This document shows, one piece after another, positions 36,738 through 48,489 of a stretch of DNA of 64,000 bases (position 1 is the first letter of the stretch; each line of letters begins with the position of its first letter). The notes under the pieces were generated by a model. It had not been told where the DNA came from. It did not search any database and was given only the letters and a program-made list of their open reading frames with translations. Made by a program: the position numbers and the translations under genes. The DNA comes from Callorhinchus milii (taxonomy: Eukaryota): positions 8,122,001 through 8,186,000 of the forward strand of contig NW_024704750.1 in assembly GCF_018977255.1 (NCBI RefSeq), written 5' to 3'.

Positions 36738-38439
36738 TTTTGTGTTCCTCCAACTCTCCCCCCCCCCCCCACTCCTCCTTTTACCCATTTAAAAACCGTC
36801 ATAAAGTCCTGTTTTTTTCACGACTACGCCTACAGTCACTGTTGTTCATTTCTTAGTTGCCGTCCACTGCTTGGTAAATTGTTTGGAGAAGTTATTTTAA
36901 ACTGGGGAGGTGCTACAGAACTGCACGAATGGCTGTAAAGCCACAAAAGAAAACAACACTGCGTTATTGATGGAAATGTTACCAGCTTAAAAAAATTAAA
37001 TGGGCGCTGCCTTCAAGATGCTTTAAATCTTTTCTCATCCCTTCACACATCATGCAACACAATCGTTCATGTCAAAACACATCATTACATATTATAATAT
37101 ATAATAGATGTTAAAAGCACTATATCAAATGCAAGGATTATTATTATTACAATAATCTGAATAATGTTCTTGCCAGTGTCCCAAGAAAACATGGTTTGAT
37201 GCATAGTGTGATTTTTCTACTGAATTATGGGAACCCATGAATATTCTAGAATATTGATTGATGTACTTCGAGGCTAGGGGTGTATTTTGCAGAACTTTCC
37301 GCCTGGAGTGAAATACTTTTTTTTAGATCTAGTCCATTGGAAATGGAACATGTTTCAACCTGCGCTATTTCAAAAGAAGTGAACACATTCTTCAAAATTC
37401 TCCAGTTGAATACCAGACAGACATGAATAGGCTGCGGTACTTGTTGTGATGGCATTTGTTCATTTTTTAATTTCATTCTCTGCAGACCTTGAGTGGATAG
37501 CAAGATGTTTGCATTTCTGCCCCCACCCCTATCCAGGCCAGTAAAGATTTTGTTGAATTTATTTTGAAACCTTCAAATAAGTAATAAGTAATTGGGACGT
37601 CCTCCCGACATGAAAGGCGCTATACAAATATAATCTTGTTGTTGTTGTACATAGGCTCAGACAAATATACAATTTACTGTATCAAATTGTGAATAGCAGA
37701 TTCCTACATGGATGTGTACCTTCTGGATCTATCTTCTGGAGTATCTGTATACATTGGGTGAGGACAAGGATAGAGTTTCAGTGATGCTTTCCAACATACA
37801 AATAAACAGCTGACTGAATGCAAAAATTTAAATTGGCCATTCAGGTGAGATAATAAAGAATTGGTATGGAACTGAGGATGAATCAGCGTTTTCAATGATT
37901 AAAGAGCAAAGCAAGGGTATAGGGCCCATTAGTATCCTGTGAACCTTGTCCAAATAGGTTACTTCTCTCCTGAGGTGATTAATTACCACCTTGAAAATTC
38001 CTTGAAATGAAGAAAAACTGCAGACGTTCTGGTTTTAACAATTTATTGGTACTTTTCTCTCTTTATGTGTGGAAGTTTCTGTCAAAGAATATATTACAGA
38101 ACAATTTTAAATTAAAATTAACACAAATAAATCCTGAGAAAGCAGCTTACGATACCCCTTGAGACATTAAATGAGAGAAAAAAATAGGTGAGGCTCCAGT
38201 TAATATTTTTAGCACTTCAGCAAATACATGAGCTGTATCTCAGGTCACGACTGAGCAGTCCCTGACCCCAGTGACTGGACTGTCCTTCAAGGCCATTCTG
38301 GTTGGGCTGTCATTCGCAGTCCTCTGGAGTACTGTGGACCACCTGGTTCAGGAAGTAGACTACCAAGACACCACCAAGGTTTGGGGTCTATTGTGTTGGC
38401 GTGGATATGCAGAATGTTGGGGTTGGAGTGGATATATAG

Positions 38440-38860
38440 TGGGGTGGGTGTGCAGTGTATTAGGTTTGGTTGGATGTGCAGTGTGTTGGGGTGGGTGTGC
38501 AGTGTGTTGGGGTTGGGATGAATGTGCAGTGTGTTGGGGTGGGTGTGCAGTGTGTTGGGGTTGGGATGAATGTGCAGTGTGTTGGGGTGGGTGTGCAGTG
38601 TGTTGGGGTTGGGATGGATGTGCAGTGTGTTGGGGTGGGTGTGCAGTGTGTTGGGGTTGGGATGGATGTGCAGTGTGTTGGGGTGGGTGTGCAGTGTGTT
38701 GGGGTTGGGATGGATGTGCAGTGGGTTGGGGTGGGTGTCTAGTGTGTTGGGGTGGACGTGCAGGGGGTTGGGGTGGGTGTGCAGTGTGTGGGGTTTAGTG
38801 TGCAGTGGGCAGGGGCTTGGGGCGGGTGTGCAGTGTGTTGGTTTAGCGGGTGTGCAGGGG
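38440..38860 (+). repeat. Minisatellite of alternating TGTGCAGTGTGTTGGGGTGGG / TGTGCAGTGTGTTGGGGTTGGGATG(G/A)A units (48-nt higher-order period)
   Basis: Visible tandem array, translates as CAVCWGG/CAVCWGWD repeats. Confidence 0.93.
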
Positions 38861-38951
38861 GTGGGTTGGGGCGCGTGGGCAGGGAAGTGGGCAGGGGGTT
38901 GGGGCGGGTGGGTAGGGGGTTGGGGCGGGTGGGCAGGGGGTTGGGGCGGGT

Positions 38952-39002
<51 letters not shown>

Positions 39003-39558
39003 GGGCAGGGGGTTGGGGCGGGTGGGCAGGGGGTTGGGCGGGTGGGCAGGGGTTGGGGGGGGTGGGGGGGGGGGGGGGGGGGGGGTTGGGGCGGGTGGGC
39101 AGGGGGTGGGGGGGGGGGGGGGGGGGGGGGCGGGTGGGCAGGGGGTTGGGGCGGGTGGGCAGGGGGTGGGGGGGGGGGGGTTGGGGCGGGTGGGCAGGGG
39201 GGGGGTGGGCAGGGGGTTGGGGCGGGTGGGCAGGGGGTTGGGGCGGGTGGGCAGGGGGTTGGGGCGGGTGGGCAGGGGAGTGGGCAGGGGGTTGGGGCGG
39301 GTGGGCAGGGGGTTGGGGCGGGTGGGCAGGGGAGTGGGCAGGGGGTTGGGGCGGGTGGGCAGGGGGTTGGGGCGGGTGGGCAGGGGAGTGGGCAGGGGGT
39401 TGGGGCGGGTGGGCAGGGGGTTGGGGCGGGTGGGCAGGGGGTTGGGGCGGGGGTTGGGGTTGGGGCGGGTGGGCAGGGGGTTGGGGCGGGTGGGCAGGGG
39501 GGGGTTGGGGCGGGTGGGCAGGGGAGTGGGCAGGGGGTTGGGGCGGGTGGGCAGGGGT
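38861..39558 (+). repeat. G-rich 21-mer minisatellite (GGGTTGGGGCGGGTGGGCAGG) with poly-G runs, directly upstream of CGRRF1
   Basis: Tandem units and a ~49-nt G homopolymer near 38952-39001. Confidence 0.96.
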
Positions 39559-39641
39559 TTGGTCACGTGCTCCCGTCTCACCGCAGCACTTGTTACGCGC
39601 TGACGCACGCGCGGCCGCGGGGCCTGGCGGGAGGAAGGCCG

Positions 39642-39745
39642 ATGGCTGCGCTTTTCCTGGTGATGTTGTTTGAGTACTCTCCGCTGTTCTACATTACCCT
39701 CATCTTCGTTTGCTTTGTCGTGACGACGGCTGTGATATTAGGATG
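39642..39745 (+). CDS. CGRRF1: CGRRF1 exon 1 (N-terminal TM segment)
   Basis: MAALFLVMLFEYSPLFY...LGW; GTGAGC donor. Confidence 0.95.
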
Positions 39746-42700
39746 GTGAGCGTCGGGACACAGACACACACACACAGAGTGACTGACTGACTGACTGACT
39801 GACTGCTGTTGGTGGTGGTGGTGGGGGATTGTTATTGTTATTGTTATTGTTATTATCGACGTTGTTGCGGAGGCTGCGCCGGTTATTACGGTCACCTTTG
39901 TCCCTCAGGTTTGTTTGGGACATTCCTGTCATAATCCGCAACTCCGAGGAGACCGAGTCCGGAGTCCCGGTGCAGAAGAAGCGAATGGTGCAAGTGACCA
40001 ACCCCTTTGCGCTGGATGTGGCGGATCCGCTTTCGGCGTCGGTGACAGGTAACCCACCCAGTGAGGGCGCCTCCAAACTCGTTCTCCGCCGCTGCCTTTC
40101 GTCCTGACAGTCTTTAGTCTTTCTTTGTCATGTGTTTTTTTGTTGCTTAAATGCCTTACCTTAACTCACACGTGTGTGTGTGTGTGTGTGCGTGTGTGTG
40201 GTGTGTGTTCATGTTCCTAACCTTGTCCAGCGAATAAGTTTTCCTGGTGGTAATGCTGGAGTGGAAGCCTCTGGTCTGTGTTCCTGCTCCTGCTGAGGTA
40301 TAGTTAACATGTCAACATCCTGTCAGATTTGGAGTAATCACCTTTACACACTTAACATTTGACCTTGAATTCTGCTACTTTCCTTCTGGTTCTCCCACGT
40401 GCATTTTTGTGGCGTCGGGTGAAGGTCGCCTCCACGGATTAGAAACATCGATACAAACTGAAGCTACGTGTTTGTTTAATGTAAGCAAATCCCCCGAGGT
40501 TGGACTGGAATTCCCTTGCTGTTCGCAGGAATTTCATTGATTGAGGAATTGTGTGTACGATTGGCCTAAAAGTGACAAAAAAAACTTGGGCTGCTATCTA
40601 AAGATCTACGGCTACATGCCCCATGACACGGCACAGCAAAAAACAATAAAGAACGGGATCTTTTTATAAAAGCAATGAGTGTAAATCAAGTTATTTTAAT
40701 GTGATCTGCAAACGTAAACTAATCACAAGCAAATCATGTGATTCAATCTATCTACAGACTCGCTGTTCTACCATTGATTCTACCCGGTGTTTGCCAACAC
40801 TCTGAGCAGTGGTGTGTATTGGTTCATGATGGTGTTCTTGCCATTTGAGAGGTGACACCCCCCCTGACAGTGGTACACTATATTGCCAACTCGCTTCCAT
40901 TGCTTCTCCAACCTTCAAGATGAGACATATGTTGTAGACAGCTACTTGGAAAGTAACATTCACTTTCAGAAGAGTGAACAGTATTTCTGAGAGAGAATGT
41001 TTGCTGAACTGAGGTTGATTGATAGCCATGCCATGTGTGATCCTGAGGTGGGCTGAATGTATTGGGGTCCTTGAGGTGCACAAAATATTAATTTTAAACA
41101 ATTTTCCCTTTTGTTTTGTTTTGGATTCCCTATCTATCCCATGGTGTCTTGGCCTCTTCTGCTCTGCACATCTTCAGTGTTAGTTCAAAGTTAGTACTCC
41201 GAAGGCCCCCTGGATTTGAATACCCTTTCACCATCAGATGGCTGTTTAATAAAGGAATATTAAAATACGTAAATGAAAAAATAACAATTTTTATAAACTA
41301 GTTTTATTTAATAAAATTCTCCTAATGGCAGGGGATTCAAACTCAGGAAACTTCAGGAGATTTGATTTAGGTCAAGTAAGCTGAAGAAGCTGCCTGAAGG
41401 AGTTGCTGAGAAGAAGAGGTTGAAGAACCATAAACTGTTTTCCAGGAAATAACATTTTATCTCAAAAGATGGCACAGCAGGGAAATTTGAGGTAGGTAAT
41501 GTCTTCTCTTCCATCTAAAGCACACTCTCCATCGGAAGTATACCAGTCCATCTAAAAACAAGATCCCAATTGATATAACAGTTAGGGTTTCTACTCTGAG
41601 TTCCAGATCGTGTGTGTATTGCTATGGGGAGGTCCATTGCCCTCTACTTGGTAATTCCACAGAAGAGGACAATGAAAGATGACAAACCCATTGTGATGTA
41701 CCGCTTGTCTGATGGCTGAAGTGCAGATTGGCAGAGGCCTGAGAACAGGACACCTGTTTTCACTCCACATGAGATGTGCGTCCAGACAAGACCTGTACTG
41801 TGTGGGATATATGGGTTTTAATCCTGCATTACTCAGTCATGTTTGAAGACTTGGATTGCTTCCTGCTAGACAGCCTTGCAGCTGAAAAACAGCTTGTTAA
41901 AGTGCTGCTTCATATTCCGACTTCTGACTCACTGAGAGTGTAAACATTACGCTATAAAACCTAGCCTTACTGGAAATGGGTTCAGTTGAGAATTTTCTAT
42001 AGTTGTTTTAAATCCAAAGCAGCAATTCCCATGATAGCTTAGTGGGTAAAGTCAATACCACAGTGTCATGAAGGCTTACAGAGCATCAATGGCTGACATC
42101 ACTCCCTTAGCTGATCTCAGATTTAGAACCACTAATGCATTCCTCAGGAGCCTTCGGGACCCTCATCCAAATATCTCTTCTTCATTTGTGAGCCTTGACA
42201 GCGATTGTTACCTGACGATTTGACTACTGAGGCATCAAAACAAACTTTGATCTCTGGATAATGAGATTGAACCTTGGATTTCTCCCCTCCCTCTGATTGC
42301 CCCAATTGGTATTTGAACCTAGAGCCTTTCAGATTATATGTCTTGGTGCAGCACATGGCAATTAATTTAATCACTAGGGATATTAGATTGAATTTTGCTC
42401 TATTGAAAATATCCAAAAAGTTACTGGTATTGTCAATGTAGATTCTGGAAATGAAGGAGGTGTTTGAAATATACTGACCTTTGGATAAATGTTCATGACG
42501 TACTATTTTTACAATGTTTTGCTATACTTACCCAGAACTGGTTAGTCTTGAATAAATCATAAATGGTTCAAATACTGTTTATTATGAGTGTCAAAAATTA
42601 TATTATACAATATTAATTTTGTAGATCCTTATTAGAGAATTCACCTTTCAGTATCTACATTTTATGTGCACTTTTCAACCATCAGTCTGGAAGATAAGAA

Positions 42701-44731
42701 TTTTATGGGCTCTGATGCCTATAAATAATTGGAGGAAATGGGTATTTACATAGTACAATGTGTCTTTTGTTCTGCAATTTCATGCAGGTAGAATAAGCCT
42801 AAAATCTCACTGTATAGAGAAATGTCTTTTGACCACCTACTGGGGATGCAGTGTTCAGAAACTCCAAGAAGGATTGCAGAAACACATTTACAGTTCCAGA
42901 ATAAAGGAGCCAAATAATCTAGAAGAGGCAATAGATGGAGAATACCTGCATCGAGAACAATTTCTGTATCCTTTTTCAGTTTCAATGAATGCTTCAGTTT
43001 GGGTGCATATCTGGAAATTATAATTGTTTATTTTCGCATGTGTAACTTCTTGATTTATTTCAGTTTGAAGTTTCCACATGCAGACTTTCCAAGTTGTTTG
43101 TTATTATGACTCATAGACTTGACACAACGTTTAATATTGTGGAAGCATTGCTTGATGATCCAACTATCCTGGGCTTCTGAGTGAGAAGGAGGCATTACAT
43201 GGAGATGAATTCTTTGTTTCAAGTAAAAACTTTCAAAACCATGCCTTGGTAAAAGAGAATGTGAACTAGTGCTTACTTCATTTATGCATCAGTTTTACTT
43301 TAGAATATTATTTTCATTTAACAAAATGAACTAGGATTGAAAAAGAAAGGACTGATAAAAGGTACTCTCAGTTGCCTAAAAATTCTTTGATTAAAGATTT
43401 TGGGAATCTCCCTCGAACACGATATCCACTGGTTGCAATGTTGACATTAGCAGAAGAGGAAGACCGAGAAGTTTATGAAATTGTAAGTGAATTTGTTGAG
43501 GGTCTTTTAAAAATATTTGTTTAAAAATGCAATATATTACTGGTTTTACTAAGTTTTCAGTTACCAAAATATCTTTCTTGAAAATAATATGTTGAGATAA
43601 TAATCTTTCACTTAACTCCTGTGTTTCTCTCTAGGTTTCTCTGGTGACTGTAATTCACATCCCCGATGAAAAATATGAACTCACGTGCCGAATCTTGTAT
43701 CAATATCTGCTCACTGCCCAAGGTCATGTATATGACCTTAAGGTAAATTTTACCTGTAAATGTTACAAGAAAATGGGAATTCAATTCCTTCTGATATTTT
43801 ATAGATCTTTCAGGTAACAAATAACACCAACCAGTAATAGGTACCTAATGTAACTTCAGCAATTACATTTTCTACATATATACTATAATTGTGTTTTCCT
43901 TTTCTTCCCTACCTGTAAAGGCATTAATTACATTCAAATACAGTTTCTCTGGTCCTTTGCCCATACTGCACAGTACGTTATCACAAGAATTGTTTCAAAT
44001 GGCCCTGACCCTGTGTTCTAGTTTTGATCTCTATCCAGTGTAAAGTGTAAGCAAGTGCAGGATCCAGTGTTGTGTTGTGTTGTGCTGTGTTGATGCTAAA
44101 TAATGCTTGTGGAACTATAACCCTATTGGAGTTGATCCCTTTAGGAGAAAAGATAAGGAAATTGAAGGAAATAATTTGTAATATAACATATGGATTTTCC
44201 ATATTTGTATTGCTCCTGAATTCAGCAGCTGGTAGTATTCATTGACTTGGTTAACTGAAAATAACTGCAATGTTAACCGCTCTTTTCACTAGTTAAAGAA
44301 GTTATTCTGTGTTTGTTATCCAGAGGCTTTTTATATCAGCTGATGACCACAGTCTTCCTTCAGCCAAGCCTTCGGAAAAGGATGAACGGACTAAAAAAAT
44401 TTTGGAAACATTTGAGACCACAGAAGACCTTGATTCCCATGACGAAAGCAGTAAGGATTGCGTTGTGTGCCAGAATGCTCCTGTAAACTGGGTTTTGCTG
44501 CCCTGCAGGCACACCTGTTTGTGCGACCATTGTGTAAAGTACTTCAAGCAATGCCCCATGTGTCGGGAGTTTGTCAGAGAATCGTTTGCTCTCTTAGGTC
44601 TGCCAGTAAGAACAGAGATGCAGTGTGGTGCAGCTGAAGATCAAGTTGAAAATCAAATGGTTGTTGATGACTGGGGAGATGTAGATGAGGAAGAAATCCA
44701 CAATGGTGTAAATGAATGGCTTGAACTTTAA
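39642..44731 (+). CDS. CGRRF1: Cell growth regulator with RING finger domain 1 (membrane-anchored RING E3), 361 aa; join(39642-39745,39909-40048,42788-42965,43335-43482,43635-43742,44324-44731)
   Basis: MAALFLVMLFEYSPLFYITLIFVCFVVTTAVILGWFVWDIPVI...QVTNPFAL...RYPLVAMLTL...CVVCQNAPVNWVLLPCRHTCLCDHCVKYFKQCPMCREFV; 1086 nt, phases consistent. Confidence 0.96.
39765..39856. repeat. Microsatellite cluster (CA)n, (GACT)n, (GGT)n, (TTATTG)n in CGRRF1 intron 1
   Basis: Direct inspection. Confidence 0.85.
39909..40048 (+). CDS. CGRRF1: CGRRF1 exon 2
   Basis: FVWDIPVIIRNSEETE...VQVTNPFALDV...SVT. Confidence 0.95.
42788..42965 (+). CDS. CGRRF1: CGRRF1 exon 3
   Basis: RISLKSHCIEKCLLTTYWGCSVQKLQEGLQKH...EQF; GTATCCTTT donor. 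Confidence 0.93.
42966..43334 (+). other. CGRRF1: U12-type GT-AG intron (CGRRF1 intron 3)
   Basis: Donor GTATCCTTT, branch-like TTCATTTAAC 43313-43322 ending 12 nt before the intron end, no polypyrimidine tract. Confidence 0.85.
43335..43482 (+). CDS. CGRRF1: CGRRF1 exon 4
   Basis: IEKERTDKRYSQLPKNSLIKDFGNLPRTRYPLVAMLTLAEEEDREVYEI. Confidence 0.93.
43635..43742 (+). CDS. CGRRF1: CGRRF1 exon 5
   Basis: VSLVTVIHIPDEKYELTCRILYQYLLTAQGHVYDLK. Confidence 0.95.
44324..44731 (+). CDS. CGRRF1: CGRRF1 exon 6 (RING domain plus acidic tail)
   Basis: RLFISADD...CVVC...PCRHTCLC..C...CPMC...EWLEL*. Confidence 0.96.
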   Translation, partial: RLFISADDHSLPSAKPSEKDERTKKILETFETTEDLDSHDESSKDCVVCQNAPVNWVLLPCRHTCLCDHCVKYFKQCPMCREFVRESFALLGLPVRTEMQCGAAEDQVENQMVVDDWGDVDEEEIHNGVNEWLEL

Positions 44732-44869
44732 AATAAAACATTGATTTTGCAATATTACAGCTTTATGTGCAATTTCCAACTATGAAGCCTTAACTGAAGA
44801 GTGAAAATGCAATATATTGTAATTTTGTTATCTAAATTATTCAGAGTATCTTAGAGTATATTATATTAG

Positions 44870-45293
44870 GTGTCAGGTGGTATCACTTTCGCTTCTGATT
44901 CAGAAGTTTGTAGGTTTAAGCGCTACATCGCACTTTGAGACTCATAGTCTTCTTGGCTGACACTCCAGTGCAAAGCTGGGAGACACTGCATTGGTGGAGG
45001 TACTGGCCTTTGGATGAGATGTTAAACTAGCTGCACGTTCAGGTGGACATTAAAGATCCCTTGGCACTAGTCAGAAATATAAGTGAGTTTCTCATGATGT
45101 CCTGACCAACAGTCCTCCAGACAGAATTGCTTATTCCATTCATGGCTATTTGTGGGACATTAGTGTGCGTAAATTGGCCGCCACATTTACCTACAAAATA
45201 GTCACTGCATTCTACAAAAATCCTGTGAAGTGCTTTGAGAAATTTTAACAACATTGTGGAGCACTGTAGCAAATGCAAGGATAATATTATTAT
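44870..45293 (+). mobile_element. Old full-length Deu-domain SINE (SacSINE1-like) downstream of the CGRRF1 stop
   Basis: tRNA-like head, GGCTGACACTCCAGTGCA...GGATGAGATGTTAAAC...CAGGTGGACATTAAAGATCCC Deu domain (recalled consensus), L2-like tail. Confidence 0.75.
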
Positions 45294-45873
45294 AAAAAGG
45301 CATTACTCGCATTCTGACTTGCTTATTTAATGTTTTCATTGACTGAATTACTGGGACACTGGTTACATAAACATGCAACTCCAATAATGACAGAAATACT
45401 TCAGCTACTTAATCTAAGTAAACTAAACTGTTGACTTATTTTGAAACAATGATACTTTTACTGCTAGTGTCTTGTAACATACAGTTGTCTCAGGTTCTTA
45501 CAAGGGCTAGATCTTGAACATAACTATGTCAAATATTAAACTTAATATTTTGGATCCAGTTTGTTGACTGTACAAATTTAATGAATTTTTGTTGATTGTG
45601 TATAATCAAAATCAAGTTATAATGATTACAAAACTCATATTTCTTTCGCATTATGTATAAAGGCTACTGTTGTTACCGTCACAAAGTAGTTGTGTTATGC
45701 TGTACAGTATGTATATTTGGTTCTTTAAAAAATAATTGCATGTGAACAATGCAAGACTATGGTGAGATTTTCTTTTCAGATCAAAGACTTAATTTAAACA
45801 TGCTATCAGTTTGATATCTGTGGATGTGAGCTATTTATGAGATTGTACATTATAGTTAAATCATTTTTGACAG

Positions 45874-45879
45874 AATAAA
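45874..45879 (+). terminator. Probable distal CGRRF1 poly(A) signal
   Basis: AATAAA followed by T-rich sequence ~1.1 kb after the stop; another AATAAA at 44732-44737. Confidence 0.45.
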
Positions 45880-48489
45880 AACTTTTTACTGTAGAAACTA
45901 TACATTTCTTTGCAGAAAACATGCCTGAAAATGAACAAAGAAAAATTTCATGTGGAATCGGACCACTCATTCAACAACAATCCGATGATCAATTTTTAAA
46001 AAAATGCAGATTGCCCATCCCAATAACTTTACTGATTGGCACCAAAGTACAATTATATTCTACTGCAGAAATAAGGGAGCACAACATTATTAGATGGTGT
46101 TAATCTCAAGGTCACATATGTTTTCAGGTTAACATTACAGATCCCATGACTCTATTCGAAAGAGAAAGTTTCTGCTGGAATTCTGGCATTAGTTGGTTAT
46201 TCTCATCATGGTTGTATGTGGACAAATGGCTACTGCATTGCCTGCAAGTGTCATTAAATTTAACAGCAATTTCCTGTGAAGAGTTTTAAGTCATTTCAAA
46301 GTTATTAAGTCTTATTGAGTACAAAGATTATTATACCATCCAATATTTGAGTTTTTGCAGAATGTTATTACCTTTTGAGAAAATATGTGTCAAAATAGAT
46401 TACAAGAGTGGTTTGAATGAAGAAGGCCCTTCGACCCATCTGATCTTATCTTTCCAGAATGCCCATTCTACTGTCCTCCCATCATAGCATCAAGTTTTTT
46501 TAAACCTAATATCTGGTGTTAATCACCCTCCCAATTCTCTAGCAAAGAATAGATCCCATACTCTGATATCCATCTGCTCTTTCAGGTAGTTTGATTTCTA
46601 TGGTTGAAGATTCAAATTTGCAATCTTCCACATTACCGACAAGGCATCAGAAATGCAGGGATGGGGGGGAAGCACTCAATGGGAAGACCGACAAACTGAA
46701 AAGGGGAGTAAATATTGTGAAACTTCTAAAATGATTTAAAGAGAAATTACCACCAAGGTGTCATAAAAATCCAATTTCTCACATCTGAATGTGTCCTGAA
46801 ATTCAGTAAAAATATCTGTCGTGGCTCGTGTATTCCACTAGGAGGCAAAACAAACCTTGCAGTGTGCTCTGATTCAGACTTGGGAATATGGGAGATATCA
46901 ATACAAAGGAATTTTGAATGAGTCAGTAAAGAATTAAGTACTTTGCCATGTTCAATTGCATTAGTGGATGCTTAAGTTGGTAAAAGGGAAATGTTCAGTT
47001 TATGTGATGCTGATATTCAGTTTTCATAGTGTGAAGAATGAATGAATTATATGCAATATTCCTTAACTGAATTCACCAGCACTACAGTGACATTTATAAA
47101 CTGCATTGGTACTCTCCACGATGGAAGTAATTTATTGGAAAGCATATCGAGAGTCTGCAAAAAATGATGCATAGAAATATTTTGATAAAAACATTTCACA
47201 TACATTTCAATAAATACAACCTGCAAATAGAAGAATTAATAATAAATATAAGTACATATATCAATGTTTTCATCAATATCAAGGGATGCCATGTAATCAA
47301 ACTTTGATAATTCCGTTATAAATCAACTCCTGTCACTCTTTATTGAATGGGTTGTGCATTGGTAAAATTTCTTGGCCAATTGTACATTGAAACTTGTGTT
47401 AAATATGTTAAATAGTCCTTTGTCTTGTCTGTTAGCCAACACAAATACTGACAGCATTGACCATTCTCCAGTTGAGACATATTTGTTTTCTGTAACTTGG
47501 ATCTGAATAATACCGTTTCCCATGATAATTTAGTAACATTGCACATCCTGTTTGTGCTGGGCATTTGGCGACTATTAACAATAGAAGAAAACATCGGTCT
47601 GTCTTCTTGGTCTATTTCCTCCTTTTTATTAATTGTGTTGAGCTCTGTTGAGTTGCATCAATTGTTTTTAATTATTAATTTAATTAATTAAAAATAACCC
47701 CACAGCCAAGGTATATTCTAGCCATTTATTATTAATGTATGTATTATTAAGATACTAAACTTACTAACCTAAACTGACTTATGAATATAAATGGTTGGCA
47801 AATACTAGTTTATTGACATCTTAAAAGGCTGTAACCAGAACAAAATCTCAATATGTTTTCAGTGTCATTGTTAATTCTTTGTTGATCTACATTATTCCTA
47901 AAATATACATAGAATCTCCAGTTTTATCAGCAGTATTCTCTGTTTATTCCTGAAACTACAAATAAATATGCAAAATAATTAAAGTATTTGATATCTCAAA
48001 GACATTTACTTGAAGACTTCCAAAAATATCTTTACAATTCTGAAACTCAGATCGATTTGCTAATCATTTTAATGTAAGTGAGGGTGGTAGGTCAGTCACC
48101 TAGTTGACCATTCCATTGGTTCTCATCAGCACCTAGGTGTCTCCAGCTTTGATTCCATGAATCTGTTTGGCTGTCAGTTCAGACTGAACTTGTGGTACAA
48201 GTTCTGCTGAGTTTCAAACCCCAACCTTGGGTTCCACATCCAATCCATTGCTAGGACTGCCTTATTTATGATTGTACAAAGTATGTGAGATTTAATCCTC
48301 TGCCTCATAACATTGTGACTCCCACCTTGAGATTTTTTTTGGTCTTGTAATTTCTCTTCAATATATTGTATTATACTCAGTTTGATATTTGTTTGCAACT
48401 TAATAAAATAAAACTCCCTATCAGTTTAGTTCCAAATTCCATTGCTTAGTGGTGAGAGCCAGACAATGCAATATTTACTGCCACTAACT

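Noticed and set aside
38271-39749. Long Gly/Trp/Cys and Pro/Thr repeat ORFs
   Set aside because: Translations of tandem satellites; the true CGRRF1 start is ATG 39642
40748-41101. 117-aa minus-strand ORF in CGRRF1 intron 2
   Set aside because: Non-ATG start, no motif recognised
47323-47691. Cluster of 64-84 aa ORFs between CGRRF1 and SAMD4A
   Set aside because: No recognisable homology or convincing splice signals
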